From Opitutales bacterium (GTDB lineage Bacteria; Verrucomicrobiota; Verrucomicrobiia; Opitutales; UBA2987): DNA of 64,000 bases. Shown here one piece after another: positions 33,768-44,752 of this stretch. Each line of letters starts with the position of its first letter. Position 1 is the stretch's first letter. Under the pieces are notes generated by a model, which was not told where the DNA came from, did not search any database, and worked only from the letters and a program-made list of their open reading frames with translations. The stretch lies in contig CBDDEL010000016.1 of the NCBI GenBank assembly GCA_965226885.1, positions 320,001 through 384,000 of the forward strand. The letters are read 5' to 3'. The position numbers were made by a program, and so were the translations under genes.

Positions 33768-35018
33768 ATGGAATTTTTTGAAACCTTTGCCCTGGCGCTG
33801 ACGCTGACAGCCCTGTTCAGCTACCTTAACCATCGCTATATCGGGCTTCCCGCGACCATCGGGGTCATGACCGTCTCTTTGCTGCTTTCGCTCATGCTTG
33901 TTCTGGCCGGGGTTTTCCATGAGGGGGTGCAGGATTGGGCCCGGACATTGGCTGGCTCTTTTCATTTCAGCGAAACGCTTTTAAAGGGGATGTTGAGCTT
34001 TCTCCTGTTTGCCGGCGCCCTCCATGTCAACCTGGACGATCTATACGCCAACAAATGGATTATCGGGTCGTTGGCGCTTTTCGGGACGATTTGTTCGGCT
34101 TTCCTTATCGGCTTGGCCACTTGGTGGCTGCTGGCCGCGATCGGCATCGGCATGCCCTATATTTACTGCCTCATTTTCGGAGCCCTCATCTCCCCCACCG
34201 ATCCCATTGCCGTATTGGGCATCCTGAAAACGGCAGGAGCGCCCAAGAGCCTGGAAACAAAGATTGTGGGCGAATCGCTTTTTAACGACGGGGTTGGGGT
34301 GGTTCTGTTTCTGGTGGTTGTAGAATTGGCTATGGGGGGCCAGGGTCATGGAGGAGACGGCCACACCGCCGCATCCATTTCTTTATTGTTTGCCCAGGAG
34401 GTTCTGGGGGGCGGCATTTTCGGACTGGGGGCCGGTTATCTCGTTTATGGGATGCTCAAATCCGTGGACAACCCGCAGGTGGAAATACTGCTGACGCTGG
34501 CCCTGGTTGCGGGCGGCTATGCCCTGGCCGACGCCTTGGGGCTCTCGGGGCCTATTGCAATCGTGGTGGCGGGGCTGCTGATTGGAAACCAGGGGCGGCT
34601 TTTCGCCATGTCGAAGCGAACCCTTGAGCGACTCGACGGTTTTTGGGAGTTGATCGATGAAATACTCAACGCGGTTCTTTTCGTCCTCATTGGATTGGAG
34701 GTGATCCTGTTAACCTACACGGGGCCCACCCTGCTGGCGGGAATTTTGGCCATCCCCATGGCGCTGCTGGTGCGGTTGGCGGCGGTCAGCCTGCCCATTG
34801 CCCTATTACGGGTCCGGCGGGAATTCAGCCCCGGAGTGGTGCGTATTTTAACCTGGGGCGGATTGCGGGGCGGCATATCGGTGGCCCTGGCGCTCTCCCT
34901 GCAACCGGGGGAGGAAAGAGACCTCATACTCAGTCTCACCTATCCGGTGGTCCTGTTTTCCATCCTCGTGCAAGGCCTCACCATCGGCAAACTGATAAAG
35001 AAGATAGTTCCATCGTGA
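33768..35018 (+). CDS. CPA1-family Na+/H+ antiporter
   Basis: Multiple TM segments, ISPTDPIAV, GESLFNDG, WGGLRGGISVALAL. Confidence 0.92.
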   Translation: MEFFETFALALTLTALFSYLNHRYIGLPATIGVMTVSLLLSLMLVLAGVFHEGVQDWARTLAGSFHFSETLLKGMLSFLLFAGALHVNLDDLYANKWIIGSLALFGTICSAFLIGLATWWLLAAIGIGMPYIYCLIFGALISPTDPIAVLGILKTAGAPKSLETKIVGESLFNDGVGVVLFLVVVELAMGGQGHGGDGHTAASISLLFAQEVLGGGIFGLGAGYLVYGMLKSVDNPQVEILLTLALVAGGYALADALGLSGPIAIVVAGLLIGNQGRLFAMSKRTLERLDGFWELIDEILNAVLFVLIGLEVILLTYTGPTLLAGILAIPMALLVRLAAVSLPIALLRVRREFSPGVVRILTWGGLRGGISVALALSLQPGEERDLILSLTYPVVLFSILVQGLTIGKLIKKIVPS

Positions 35019-35164
35019 TGCGAGATACTGGTTGCGGGATTCAGGATGTAGGAGACAGGCGGTTGAATTCTATGGAATCGTCATTTTTTCGATTTCCCAA
35101 TTTCCCACTTTGAGAAAAGAAAATGCGCCGGTCTAGAAGACCAATAACCCTTTTCATATTTCAT

Positions 35165-35223
35165 GCAAAACGCCCAAGACCAGATGCGCGATTTATCGCG
35201 TTACCTGCTACGATTTGTTAGGC
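35165..35223 (-). other. Integron attC site (59 bp)
   Basis: GCCTAAC-AAATCGTAGCAGGTAACGCGATAAATCGCGCATCTGGTCTTGGGC-GTTTTGC. The gene stop lies inside R''. TTGCCTAA is complementary to the cassette start TTAGGCAA at 35813-35820. Confidence 0.75.
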
Positions 35224-35809
35224 AATCCCACAATAATTTACAGCACCAATTGTTTCCGAGCAGAGGCCATATCCTTTCGCCTCATAGACTTCGAAGCATG
35301 CTGCGACGACTGGAACGGGTAGCTCCAACTCATTTGCGATTTCTTTTCCGTTTAGCTGCTGACCAATTTTGCATTCATCCAGGATTCTCGAAAAAGATTC
35401 CATTCTTTCACTGTTTTCATATAGGTGAAGGTGACAGAGGTACATCATGAATGACGGATCGGATAGCCAAATAGCCAATGGAAGATGCCTTCCCAATGTG
35501 CCTTCCCAATGCATGGTCACACCGAATTAGCCTCATTGCCGCCAATGTTGCAATGGGTCTACTGAAGTTCTCATAGAATTCGTCCTCAAATACGAGCTTG
35601 ATGTAGTTCGCTCGTTTCAACTCTTCATAGAGATGCTTAGATAATTCTGGTACGTCATCATGAAGAAAACTGATTGGATCCTCCAACCTACGAATGCGAT
35701 CAGAAAATTCCTTTGCATCAAGCTCTCCCTGTAGCTGAACAAGAGACGAAGCCCCAGGGAAAGAGGCTCCAGCGATACGGATCATGGAGAAAAACCAGTT
35801 TTTTTTCAT
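35218..35809 (-). pseudogene. Cassette-borne hypothetical protein, frameshifted by a 13-bp duplication
   Basis: MKKNWFFSMIR... joins ...LGRHLPLAIWLSDPSF...NYCGIA* when TGCCTTCCCAATG (35486-35511) is collapsed. Confidence 0.75.
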
Positions 35810-35814
35810 TTCTT

Positions 35815-35841
35815 GCCTAATATATTTCAGGCAGCGTCTAG
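35815..35841 (-). promoter_or_regulatory. attI-like site remnant, copy 4 (upstream arm replaced by IS1380)
   Basis: Minus strand TAGACGCTGCCTGAAATAT-ATTAGGC matches the last ~25 bp of the other platform copies. The crossover G reads A. Confidence 0.65.
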
Positions 35842-37469
35842 CCCGGATATTTCGTAAAAAAAGTATCGTTGATATGCTTAACTGCTGATATACAGCAGGA
35901 TAGATCAATAATTAAAGCAATATCAGCGATGACAAAAGGTAAACAATTAAAGCTACAGTTGACAAGGGTAAAAGGCCGCCGTGTGCGGGTTGATTTCAAG
36001 GGCGGAGAGGTTACTTCGGATGCCGGACTGCTTTTGATCCGGGAAGTGGATCGGCAGTTGGGCTTGACCGAACGAGCGGCCCGACAGTTAGTGGACAAAC
36101 GGCAGAAGGGCAAAGTACGCCATGAGGTATTGGGGATGCTGCGGCAGCGCGTTTACGGGCTGGTGGCGGGCTATGAGGATTTGAACGACTTTGATACCCT
36201 GCGCCACGATCCATTGTTAGCAAACGGTAACGGGGCGCATTGAAACGTTGGCCAGCGCGCCGACTTTGTGTCGTTTTGAAAACGGGCAGGATCGGCGGGC
36301 GGCCTTTGCGGTAAACGAGCTGTTGGTCGAACAGTTCATGGGCTCCTTTGCCGAGGAACCCGAAGAGATCATCCTGGACTTTGACGCCACCGACACTCCG
36401 GTGCACGGGCTCCAGGAGGGACGTTTTTTCCACGGTTATTATGATCATTACTGTTTTCTGCCGCTATATGTTTTTTGCGGTGATCAGCTGCTGGTGGCCT
36501 ACCTGCGGCCGAGCAAGATCGATGCCAGCAAGCATGCCGGGGCCATCCTCAAATTGCTGGTTAAACGGATTCGCCAAAGCTGGCCCCGTACGCGGATTAT
36601 TTGGCGCGCCGACAGTGGATTTTGTCGAGACCGGATACTCTCTTGGTGCGACCGCAACGAAGTTAGTTACATCGTGGGGATGGCTCGCAATGCACGCTTG
36701 CAGCAAGACGCCCAGCAGTTGCAAAAGCAGGCCAAAGAATGGTTCGAACTAAGGGGTAAAAAACAACGGTTATTCCAGGACTTCGTCTATGCTGCCGATT
36801 CGTGGCGATGGCTGCGGTTGGTCATCCATAAAGCCGAACACACCGCACAGGGGTCCAACCCGCGCTTCGTGGTGACGAACCTGCCGGGCGATCCCCAGGA
36901 GCTTTACGACAAGGTATACTGTGGCCGCGGTGAAATGGAGAACCGCAACTGTGGCCGCGGTGAAATGGAGAACCGCAACTGTGGCCGCGGTGAAATGGAG
37001 AACCGCATCAAGGAACAGATGCAATTGTTCAGCGAGCGCACCAGCGCCCATCAATGGTGGGCCAATCAGTGGCGATTGCTCTTGTCGGCGCTGGCCTACA
37101 CCTTGATGGAAGCCATGCGCCGGTTAGCCTTAAAAGGGACGAAGTGGGCGCGGGCCCAATGGCACACCCTGCGGCTCAAATTAATCAAGATCGGAGCGGT
37201 CATCGTGCGCAACACCCGAACGATTCACTTTCACCTAAGTGAGAGTTATCCTTGGGCCAGTCTTTTCAACCATGCGGCCCGCCGATTGGTGCCAACCTAA
37301 AGGGTGCATTGGTGCTGCCCCCGGCACTACCGAACCAATGGGGGAAAGGGGGCAGTGTCTCTACACCCTGAAAAACACCTAAAAATCAAGACGATCTGCT
37401 CAAAATACAAAGAAATCCATCTCCAATAGCAATAACGAGCCAAACTTTACCCTTCATGAAATATCCGGG
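35842..37469 (+). mobile_element. IS1380-family element copy 3 (frameshifted, internal 30-bp triplication, mismatched flanks)
   Basis: +1 base near 36219. ACTGTGGCCGCGGTGAAATGGAGAACCGCA x3 at 36918-37007. Flanks are CTAG and CTAA. Confidence 0.95.
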
Positions 37470-37503
37470 CTAAAGGCCCCATCCAGCATCTTGCATCTAT
37501 TCA

Positions 37504-37950
37504 CTAGTGCGTCAGAGATCCCCCGAAATACAGCCCCACGATAGCCGCCAGCAAATGCTTATCCAACGGCGTGATGACCAGCCCGTGCATCTGCTCCCAA
37601 ACGATCTTCTCCCCCTCGCTCCCGAAAAACCAGAATCCCCTCGTCATTTCCGCATAACCGAAAAACACCGCCGTCTCAGGCATGAAAACCGCCACCATCT
37701 TGGGAAAAGCGATGACGAAAAAAACCGCCATCAAAGCGATCGTCCGCCGCGTCCACTGGAACCCCCGGTTCTCATAACGCCGCGCCTTCCCGATGATGTC
37801 CGCCTTGGCATTGAGCGCCTGCAACACATAAGTGCGCTCCAATCGCCGGGACTCATTCGTCTTCGACCAAATTTTCATCGCTCCCCCCAAAAAAGAAGAG
37901 CCCAAAAGAGTAACAAGTTCCATCGGCACAGGCATTTTTATATTTTCCAA
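37504..37950 (-). CDS. Phage-type membrane protein (possibly holin-like)
   Basis: ELVTLLGS..LGG.MKIW...ARRYENRGFQWTRRTIAL...GLVITPLD..L..AIVGLYFGGSL resembles a family I recall from marine phages. Hydrophobic segments are present. Function is inferred. Confidence 0.55.
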   Translation of the reverse strand: MENIKMPVPMELVTLLGSSFLGGAMKIWSKTNESRRLERTYVLQALNAKADIIGKARRYENRGFQWTRRTIALMAVFFVIAFPKMVAVFMPETAVFFGYAEMTRGFWFFGSEGEKIVWEQMHGLVITPLDKHLLAAIVGLYFGGSLTH

Positions 37951-38221
37951 AAAGTTAAAGGTTGATCCAAAAATTGCTTAATAAACTAATGTTCACTATT
38001 CAAACGCTTAAAAAAACCAAGAAACCACTGCATCGGGCACCAATTCCTCGGAAGACACCCACCATACCACAAAATCAACAAAGCGTCAATGGATAGGTTG
38101 GCTCCGTTTGATGCGTTTGAATAAACATCAAAAAAAACACCAAAAACCCCCAAAAAACCGAAAATATCCAAAAAAAACCCAGAAAATCCACCTCCCAATC
38201 CCAATTCTGGCTCCAATCTCC

Positions 38222-39833
38222 GGTAGTGTATAAAAAAAGAATGTTATTTTGTATTTTTAGCTGTACAAATAGCGTTAGGCAGTTTATTTTTAGTGCATGG
38301 TTACTAAAATTATTAATTGTCGGCACTGTGGAAGTGAAAATATCATTAAATTTGGCAAGACGCCCAACCATAAACAGCGCTACCGCTGCCATGATTGTGG
38401 TAAACAAAGCCGCGAAAACCCCACAGTGAAATACACCGAAGAGCAAAAAGAAATGATCCTTCGAGTCTATCAGGAACGCAGCAGTCTACGCGGTTTACAG
38501 CGCGCCTTCGGGGTGAGTCCCAACACCGTTTTGAGTTGGTTAAAAAAAACGACAATCGCTGCGCCCGCTCAAAAGCACGATTCTTGCGGCCCGCCGCCAT
38601 GATGTCATTGAACTGGACGAACTGTGGTCTTTTGTGGGGCGCAAGAGCGATGCCCAATGGGTTTGGATCGCTCTTTGCCGACGCACCCGTCAAATCCTCT
38701 CCTATGCCATTGGGCCTCGGGATTGGTATCGTTGCCGGGAACTTTACGAGCGTCTGCCACGGGCCTACAAAAGATGTGCCACCTACAGCGACTTTTGGAG
38801 CACTTATGATGAAGTCTTTCCGGTAGTGTATTAAGTAGGAATGGTGGCTAATTCTTGATTATATTGATGAATGAAAAGTCTCAGACAGGTTTCATGCATA
38901 CTCTTAAGCTTGGAAAAGGAGAGGGTTTTGCGTGTGAAACGACCCAGTCGTTGGCGCAGGGTATTGTTCCATCGTTCCACATGGGCCGTTTCACCGGTTT
39001 CTTTTCCCACGGATCGGTTATGAGGAAAGACTTCATCATAAGTGCTCCAAAAGTCGCTGTAGGTGGCACATCTTTTGTAGGCCCGTGGCAGACGCTCGTA
39101 AAGTTCCCGGCAACGATACCAATCCCGAGGCCCAATGGCATAGGAGAGGATTTGACGGGTGCGTCGGCAAAGAGCGATCCAAACCCATTGGGCATCGCTC
39201 TTGCGCCCCACAAAAGATCACAGTTCGTCCAGTTCAATGACATCATGGCGGCGGGCCGCAAGAATCGTGCTTTTGAGCGGTCGTAGCGATTGTCGTTTTT
39301 TTTAACCAACTCAAAACGGTGTTGGGACTCACCCCGAAGGCGCGCTGTAAACCGCGTAGACTGCTGCGTTCCTGATAAACTCGAAGGATCATTTCTTTTT
39401 GCTCTTCGGTGTATTTCACTGTGGGGTTTTCGCGGCTTTGTTTACCACAATCATGGCAGCGGTAGCGCTGTTTATGGTTGGGCGTCTTGCCAAATTTAAT
39501 GATATTTTCACTTCCACAGTGCCGACAATTAATAATTTTAGTAACCATGCACTAAGAATAAACTGCCTAACGCTATTTGTACAGCTAAAAATACAAAATA
39601 ACATTCTTTTTTTATACACTACCGTCTTTCCTCATAACCGATCCGTGGGAAAAGAGACCGGTGAAACGGCCCATGTGGAACGATGGAACAATACCCTGCG
39701 CCAACGACTGGGTCGTTTCACACGCAAAACCCTCTCCTTTTCCAAGCTTAAGAGTATGCATGAAACCTGTCTGAGACTTTTCATTCATCAATATAATCAA
39801 GAATTAGCCACCATTCCTACTTAATACACTACC
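38222..39833 (+). mobile_element. IS1 type a copy 2, interrupted by an inverted copy of itself
   Basis: 8-bp TSD CAATCTCC. insB is split at 38821/39624. Confidence 0.95.
38822..39623 (-). mobile_element. IS1 type a copy 3 (intact, 802 bp)
   Basis: 8-bp TSD GTCTTTCC. insA 39243..39548, insB ending 38831. Confidence 0.95.
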
Positions 39834-39960
39834 CAATCTCCCAAATTCTGACTCCAAAATCCAATATTATACCTCTGCCCCATCCAGCATCCAGTATCCT
39901 TCTCCATATCCCCAGTGCGCCCGTGAGAAAAACCACAGATCAGACAGATAAACGCAGATA

Positions 39961-40094
39961 AAAAAGCAATAATTCGCGGAATCCTGATAAAACCCTTCTC
40001 AACCAAGAAATTGACAACGCAATTGTAAATTTCGGTCAAAATTTTACCGTATCCTATCATTCGTTACGTGGACGCTGCCTATAATATGTTAAAT
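39961..40094 (+). promoter_or_regulatory. attI-like site plus upstream arm, copy 3
   Basis: ...CTTCTCAACCAAGAAATT...TTGTAA-16nt-TACCGT...ACGTGGACGCTGCCTATAATAT-GTTAAAT, then RBS AGGAG and ATG at 40117. Confidence 0.72.
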
Positions 40095-40116
40095 GAAATA
40101 CAAGGAGTGAATATCT

Positions 40117-40878
40117 ATGAGTAAATCGCCAATTGTGTTGTTCGCATTCGCGCTCTGCAGTATGGGCTGCACGTTGTTGACACAACTGACGGAAGCAAAC
40201 ACAGGACAACACCCACAGTCATTCAAGGCAGAGATAACGAAAACACTACGAGCAAACTACTTGCTGTATATCCCTGACCAATATCCAACTTCGCTGAAAG
40301 AGTGGCCGCTTATTTTGTTTCTTCATGGCTCAGGAGAACGCGGTAGCGACTTGAGTAAGGTTGAAGATCACGGTATACTGAAGCTTATTGCCAAAGAGGG
40401 AAAGCATTTCCCTTTTGTCATTGCTTCTCCTCAATGTCCAAAGAATAGTTTTTGGGACAACGAATTACAGATCGATATACTGAGTGGGATTTTGGATGAT
40501 GTTCTTTCACAATACCGCATCGACAAAGATAAAATATACGTCACGGGACTCAGTATAGGTGGTTTCGGCACCTGGGGCATTGCCGAAGCGTATCCCAATA
40601 GATTTGCTGGGATCGCGCCAATCTGTGGCGGCGGGGATCCCGAAAATGCAGAAAGTATCGCCCATTTGCCGATATGGGTTTTCCATGGAGCGAATGACCC
40701 AAGAGTGCCCCTTAGGAGATCCGAGGAAATGGTCACTGCTTTGCAAAAGGCTGGCAGCAAAGTCAAATTTACTGTCTATCCTGATACCGGACATAACGCC
40801 TGGACTGAAACGTATAACAATCCCGATCTATATGAATGGTTTCTGAAACATTCTCGCCAACCTATAGAATCAGAGTAG
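40117..40878 (+). CDS. Secreted alpha/beta hydrolase (predicted peptidase/esterase), cassette-like
   Basis: PLILFLHGSGERG, SPQCP, YVTGLSIGG (GxSxG), WVFHGAND, GHNAW. Confidence 0.88.
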   Translation: MSKSPIVLFAFALCSMGCTLLTQLTEANTGQHPQSFKAEITKTLRANYLLYIPDQYPTSLKEWPLILFLHGSGERGSDLSKVEDHGILKLIAKEGKHFPFVIASPQCPKNSFWDNELQIDILSGILDDVLSQYRIDKDKIYVTGLSIGGFGTWGIAEAYPNRFAGIAPICGGGDPENAESIAHLPIWVFHGANDPRVPLRRSEEMVTALQKAGSKVKFTVYPDTGHNAWTETYNNPDLYEWFLKHSRQPIESE

Positions 40879-40997
40879 TGAAAAATCCACCAAACAAGCC
40901 GGAAGCAGACAATGGCTTGTAGCCGCGATATTCATCCTCCAGCCATTTTGACTAGAACCTATCCCCTCCCAACCCGCGCAAGGATCGACGGAGTTAG

Positions 40998-42578
40998 CCC
41001 GGATATTTCATGAAGGGTAAAGTTTGGCTCGTTATTGCTATTGGAGATGGATTTCTTTGTATTTTGAGCAGATCGTCTTGATTTTTAGGTGTTTTTCAGG
41101 GTGTAGAGACACTGCCCCCTTTCCCCCATTGGTTCGGTAGTGCCGGGGGCAGCACCAATGCACCCTTTAGGTTGGCACCAATCGGCGGGCCGCATGGTTG
41201 AAAAGACTGGCCCAAGGATAACTCTCACTTAGGTGAAAGTGAATCGTTCGGGTGTTGCGCACGATGACCGCTCCGATCTTGATTAATTTGAGCCGCAGGG
41301 TGTGGCATTGGGCCCGCGCCCACTTCGTCCCTTTTAAGGCTAACCGGCGCATGGCTTCCATCAAGGTGTAGCCATCAAGGTGTAGGCCAGCGCCGACAAG
41401 AGCAATCGCCACTGATTGGCCCACCATTGATGGGCGCTGGTGCGCTCGCTGAACAATTGCATCTGTTCCTTGATTCGGTTCTCCATTTCACCGCGGCCAC
41501 AGTATACCTTGTCGTAAAGCTCCTGGGGATCGCCCGGCAGGTTCGTCACCACGAAGCGCGGGTTGGACCCCTGTGCGGTGTGTTCGGCTTTATGGATGAC
41601 CAACCGCAGCCATCGCCACGAATCGGCAGCATAGACGAAGTCCTGGAATAACCGTTGTTTTTTACCCCTTAGTTCGAACCATTCTTTGGCCTGCTTTTGC
41701 AACTGCTGGGCGTCTTGCTGCAAGCGTGCATTGCGAGCCATCCCCACGATGTAACTAACTTCGTTGCGGTCGCACCAAGAGAGTATCCGGTCTCGACAAA
41801 ATCCACTGTCGGCGCGCCAAATAATCCGCGTACGGGGCCAGCTTTGGCGAATCCGTTTAACCAGCAATTTGAGGATGGCCCCGGCATGCTTGCTGGCATC
41901 GATCTTGCTCGGCCGCAGGTAGGCCACCAGCAGCTGATCACCGCAAAAAACATATAGCAGCAGAAAACAGTAATGATCATAATAACCGTGGAAAAAACGT
42001 CCCTCCTGGAGCCCGTGCACCGGATTGTCGGTGGCGTCAAAGTCCAGGATGATCTCTTCGGGTTCCTCGGCAAAGGAGCCCATGAACTGTTCGACCAACA
42101 GCTCGTTTACCGCAAAGGCCGCCCGCCGATCCTGCCCGTTTTCAAAACGACACAAAGTCGGCGCGCTGGCCAACGTTTCAATGCGCCCCGTTACCGTTTG
42201 CAACAATGGATCGTGGCGCAGGGTATCAAAGTCGTTCAAATCCTCATAGCCCGCCACCAGCCCGTAAACGCGCTGCCGCAGCATCCCCAATACCTCATGG
42301 CGTACTTTGCCCTTCTGCCGTTTGTCCACTAACTGTCGGGCCGCTCGTTCGGTCAAGCCCAACTGCCGATCCACTTCCCGGATCAAAAGCAGTCCGGCAT
42401 CCGAAGTAACCTCTCCGCCCTTGAAATCAACCCGCACACGGCGGCCTTTTACCCTTGTCAACTGTAGCTTTAATTGTTTACCTTTTGTCATCGCTGATAT
42501 TGCTTTAATTATTGATCTATCCTGCTGTATATCAGCAGTTAAGCATATCAACGATACTTTTTTTACGAAATATCCGGG
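40998..42578 (-). mobile_element. IS1380-family element copy 4 (frameshifted by a 14-bp duplication)
   Basis: TTAG duplication inside G-TTAG-GC. CCATCAAGGTGTAG x2 at 41358-41385. Confidence 0.95.
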
Positions 42579-42600
42579 TTAGGCAAAAAATCACCGAGCA

Positions 42601-42680
42601 CCGTAATTCAAAAGTGTAAGGCATCAAACCCGCTGCAAACGCTTTAATAATCCAATTCGTATCAAACCCGGCTTCCCCCC
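42601..42680 (+). repeat. Partial downstream arm of cassette platform, copy 3
   Basis: CCGTAA...GCATCAAACCCG...CCAATTCGTATCAAACCCGGCTTCCCC aligns with 50373-50455. Confidence 0.65.
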
Positions 42681-43147
42681 CTCTCTCCGTGTCCCCCGTG
42701 CCTCCGTGAGAAAAAATCACCCATCCACCATCCCCAAACCCATTTCGCGTTAATTCGCGTTCATTAGCGGTTAAAAATCACAAATCTCTCATCCAGCATC
42801 AAGTATCCAACATCCTCTCAAACCCCGTGAGATTATTTTAAAATTTCAGAATTTGAAACCAATTCGATTTCCTCACAAAGCCACAAAGAGCACAAAAATT
42901 TTCTAATTGTAAAAAAATTCCAGCCAAGATCACGATACACAGCGATTGCGGTATCGACCATTATCTTCCTCACTTCGTGTCCTCCGTGCCTCCGTGAGAA
43001 AAAAATCATCCCTGCTCATCCGTCTAATCTGTTGTAAAAAATATCCTGTATCCCATCCGTGCAATAGTGTGTAAACGCCGGGATGAAACCGGTACGGGGG
43101 TCGGGGTAAAACCGGTACGCTTGGAATAAGGTTTAGGTTAGTAATTG

Positions 43148-44752
43148 GGTAGTGTTAACATGACGAATGTTTGATATTGCTGTTGTATTCCCAGATGAAC
43201 AAGCACAGGACGCGAAAATGCATGACCAAAGACTTCGAGAATGACAGCGTTTTACGCACATAGCGTGACAGGGACTGTCGCAAGGTATTGTTCCAGCGTT
43301 CGATATGGGCGGTTTGGCCGGATTGTTTCCCGCTGGCGCTGTTGTGAGGGAAAACCTTGTCGTAGCTTTCCCAGTAATCGCTTACGGTGGCACAGTCGCG
43401 ATAGGGCTGGGCGATGTTGTGATACAACTGCCGGTAGTGTATTAAGTAGGAATGGTGGCTAATTCTTGATTATATTGATGAATGAAAAGTCTCAGACAGG
43501 TTTCATGCATACTCTTAAGCTTGGAAAAGGAGAGGGTTTTGCGTGTGAAACGACCCAGTCGTTGGCGCAGGGTATTGTTCCATCGTTCCACATGGGCCGT
43601 TTCACCGGTTTCTTTTCCCACGGATCGGTTATGAGGAAAGACTTCATCATAAGTGCTCCAAAAGTCGCTGTAGGTGGCACATCTTTTGTAGGCCCGTGGC
43701 AGACGCTCGTAAAGTTCCCGGCAACGATATCAATCCCGAGGCCCAATGGCATAGGAGAGGATTTGACGGGTGCGTCGGCAAAGAGCGATCCAAACCCATT
43801 GGGCATCGCTCTTGCGCCCCACAAAAGATCACAGTTCGTCCAGTTCAATGACATCATGGCGGCGGGCCGCAAGAATCGTGCTTTTGAGCGGTCGCAGCGA
43901 TTGTCGTTTTTTTTAACCAACTCAAAACGGTGTTGGGACTCACCCCGAAGGCGCGCTGTAAACCGCGTAGACTGCTGCGTTCCTGATAGACTCGAAGGAT
44001 CATTTCTTTTTGCTCTTCGGTGTATTTCACTGTGGGGTTTTCGCGGCTTTGTTTACCACAATCATGGCAGCGGTAGCGCTGTTTATGGTTGGGCGTCTTG
44101 CCAAATTTAATGATATTTTCACTTCCACAGTGCCGACAATTAATAATTTTAGTAACCATGCACTAAAAATAAACTGCCTAACGCTATTTGTACAGCTAAA
44201 AATACAAAATAACATTCTTTTTTTATACACTACCCAACTGCCAGCACGTTTGATCGCTACGATCACCCAGAGAAAACCCGACGACCTGTCGGGTACGTCG
44301 ACACAAGGCTACCCATAGCCATACCTGCCCCGAACGCTTATCGCCCCAGAATGACCACACCTCGTCCAGTTCCAGCACATCACTACACTGGCGGGCAAGC
44401 AGAGTGGACTCCAGCTTCGGCAAACTCAGGACTTTTTTTAATCCATTCGATGACCGTCTTTGGGGCTACCCCGAAGGTACGGTAAATGGCACGCAGGCTC
44501 ATCCGGTTTTGGTGCGCACGGAGCACCTGCTTGACCAGCGCCGGAGGATGCTCACGACTTTTGGGGTGAAGCCGAAACTGATAACCACACCCCTTGCATC
44601 GATACTTCTGAACCCCTTTCGGATCCTTGCCGTGCTTGATGATGTGATCGCTTCCGCATTGAGGACATTTTACTGTGATATGGACCATTCCCAGTTCACA
44701 ACATAATCACGCTAAAAAGTACAGCTTAAACATTCAAAATGTTAACACTACC
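43148..44752 (-). mobile_element. IS1-family element type b, interrupted by IS1 type a
   Basis: IRs GGTAGTGTTAACA / TGTTAACACTACC with TSD AGTAATTG. InsA CPQCGS...YRCKGCG, InsB ELDEVW...[11 protein letters not shown]. Confidence 0.93.
43433..44234 (-). mobile_element. IS1 type a copy 4
   Basis: 802 bp, TSD CAACTGCC. Confidence 0.95.

Noticed and set aside
36918..37007. 30-bp unit repeated three times, CRISPR-sized
   Set aside because: No spacers. It is an in-frame tandem triplication inside an IS1380 transposase, and there are no cas genes.
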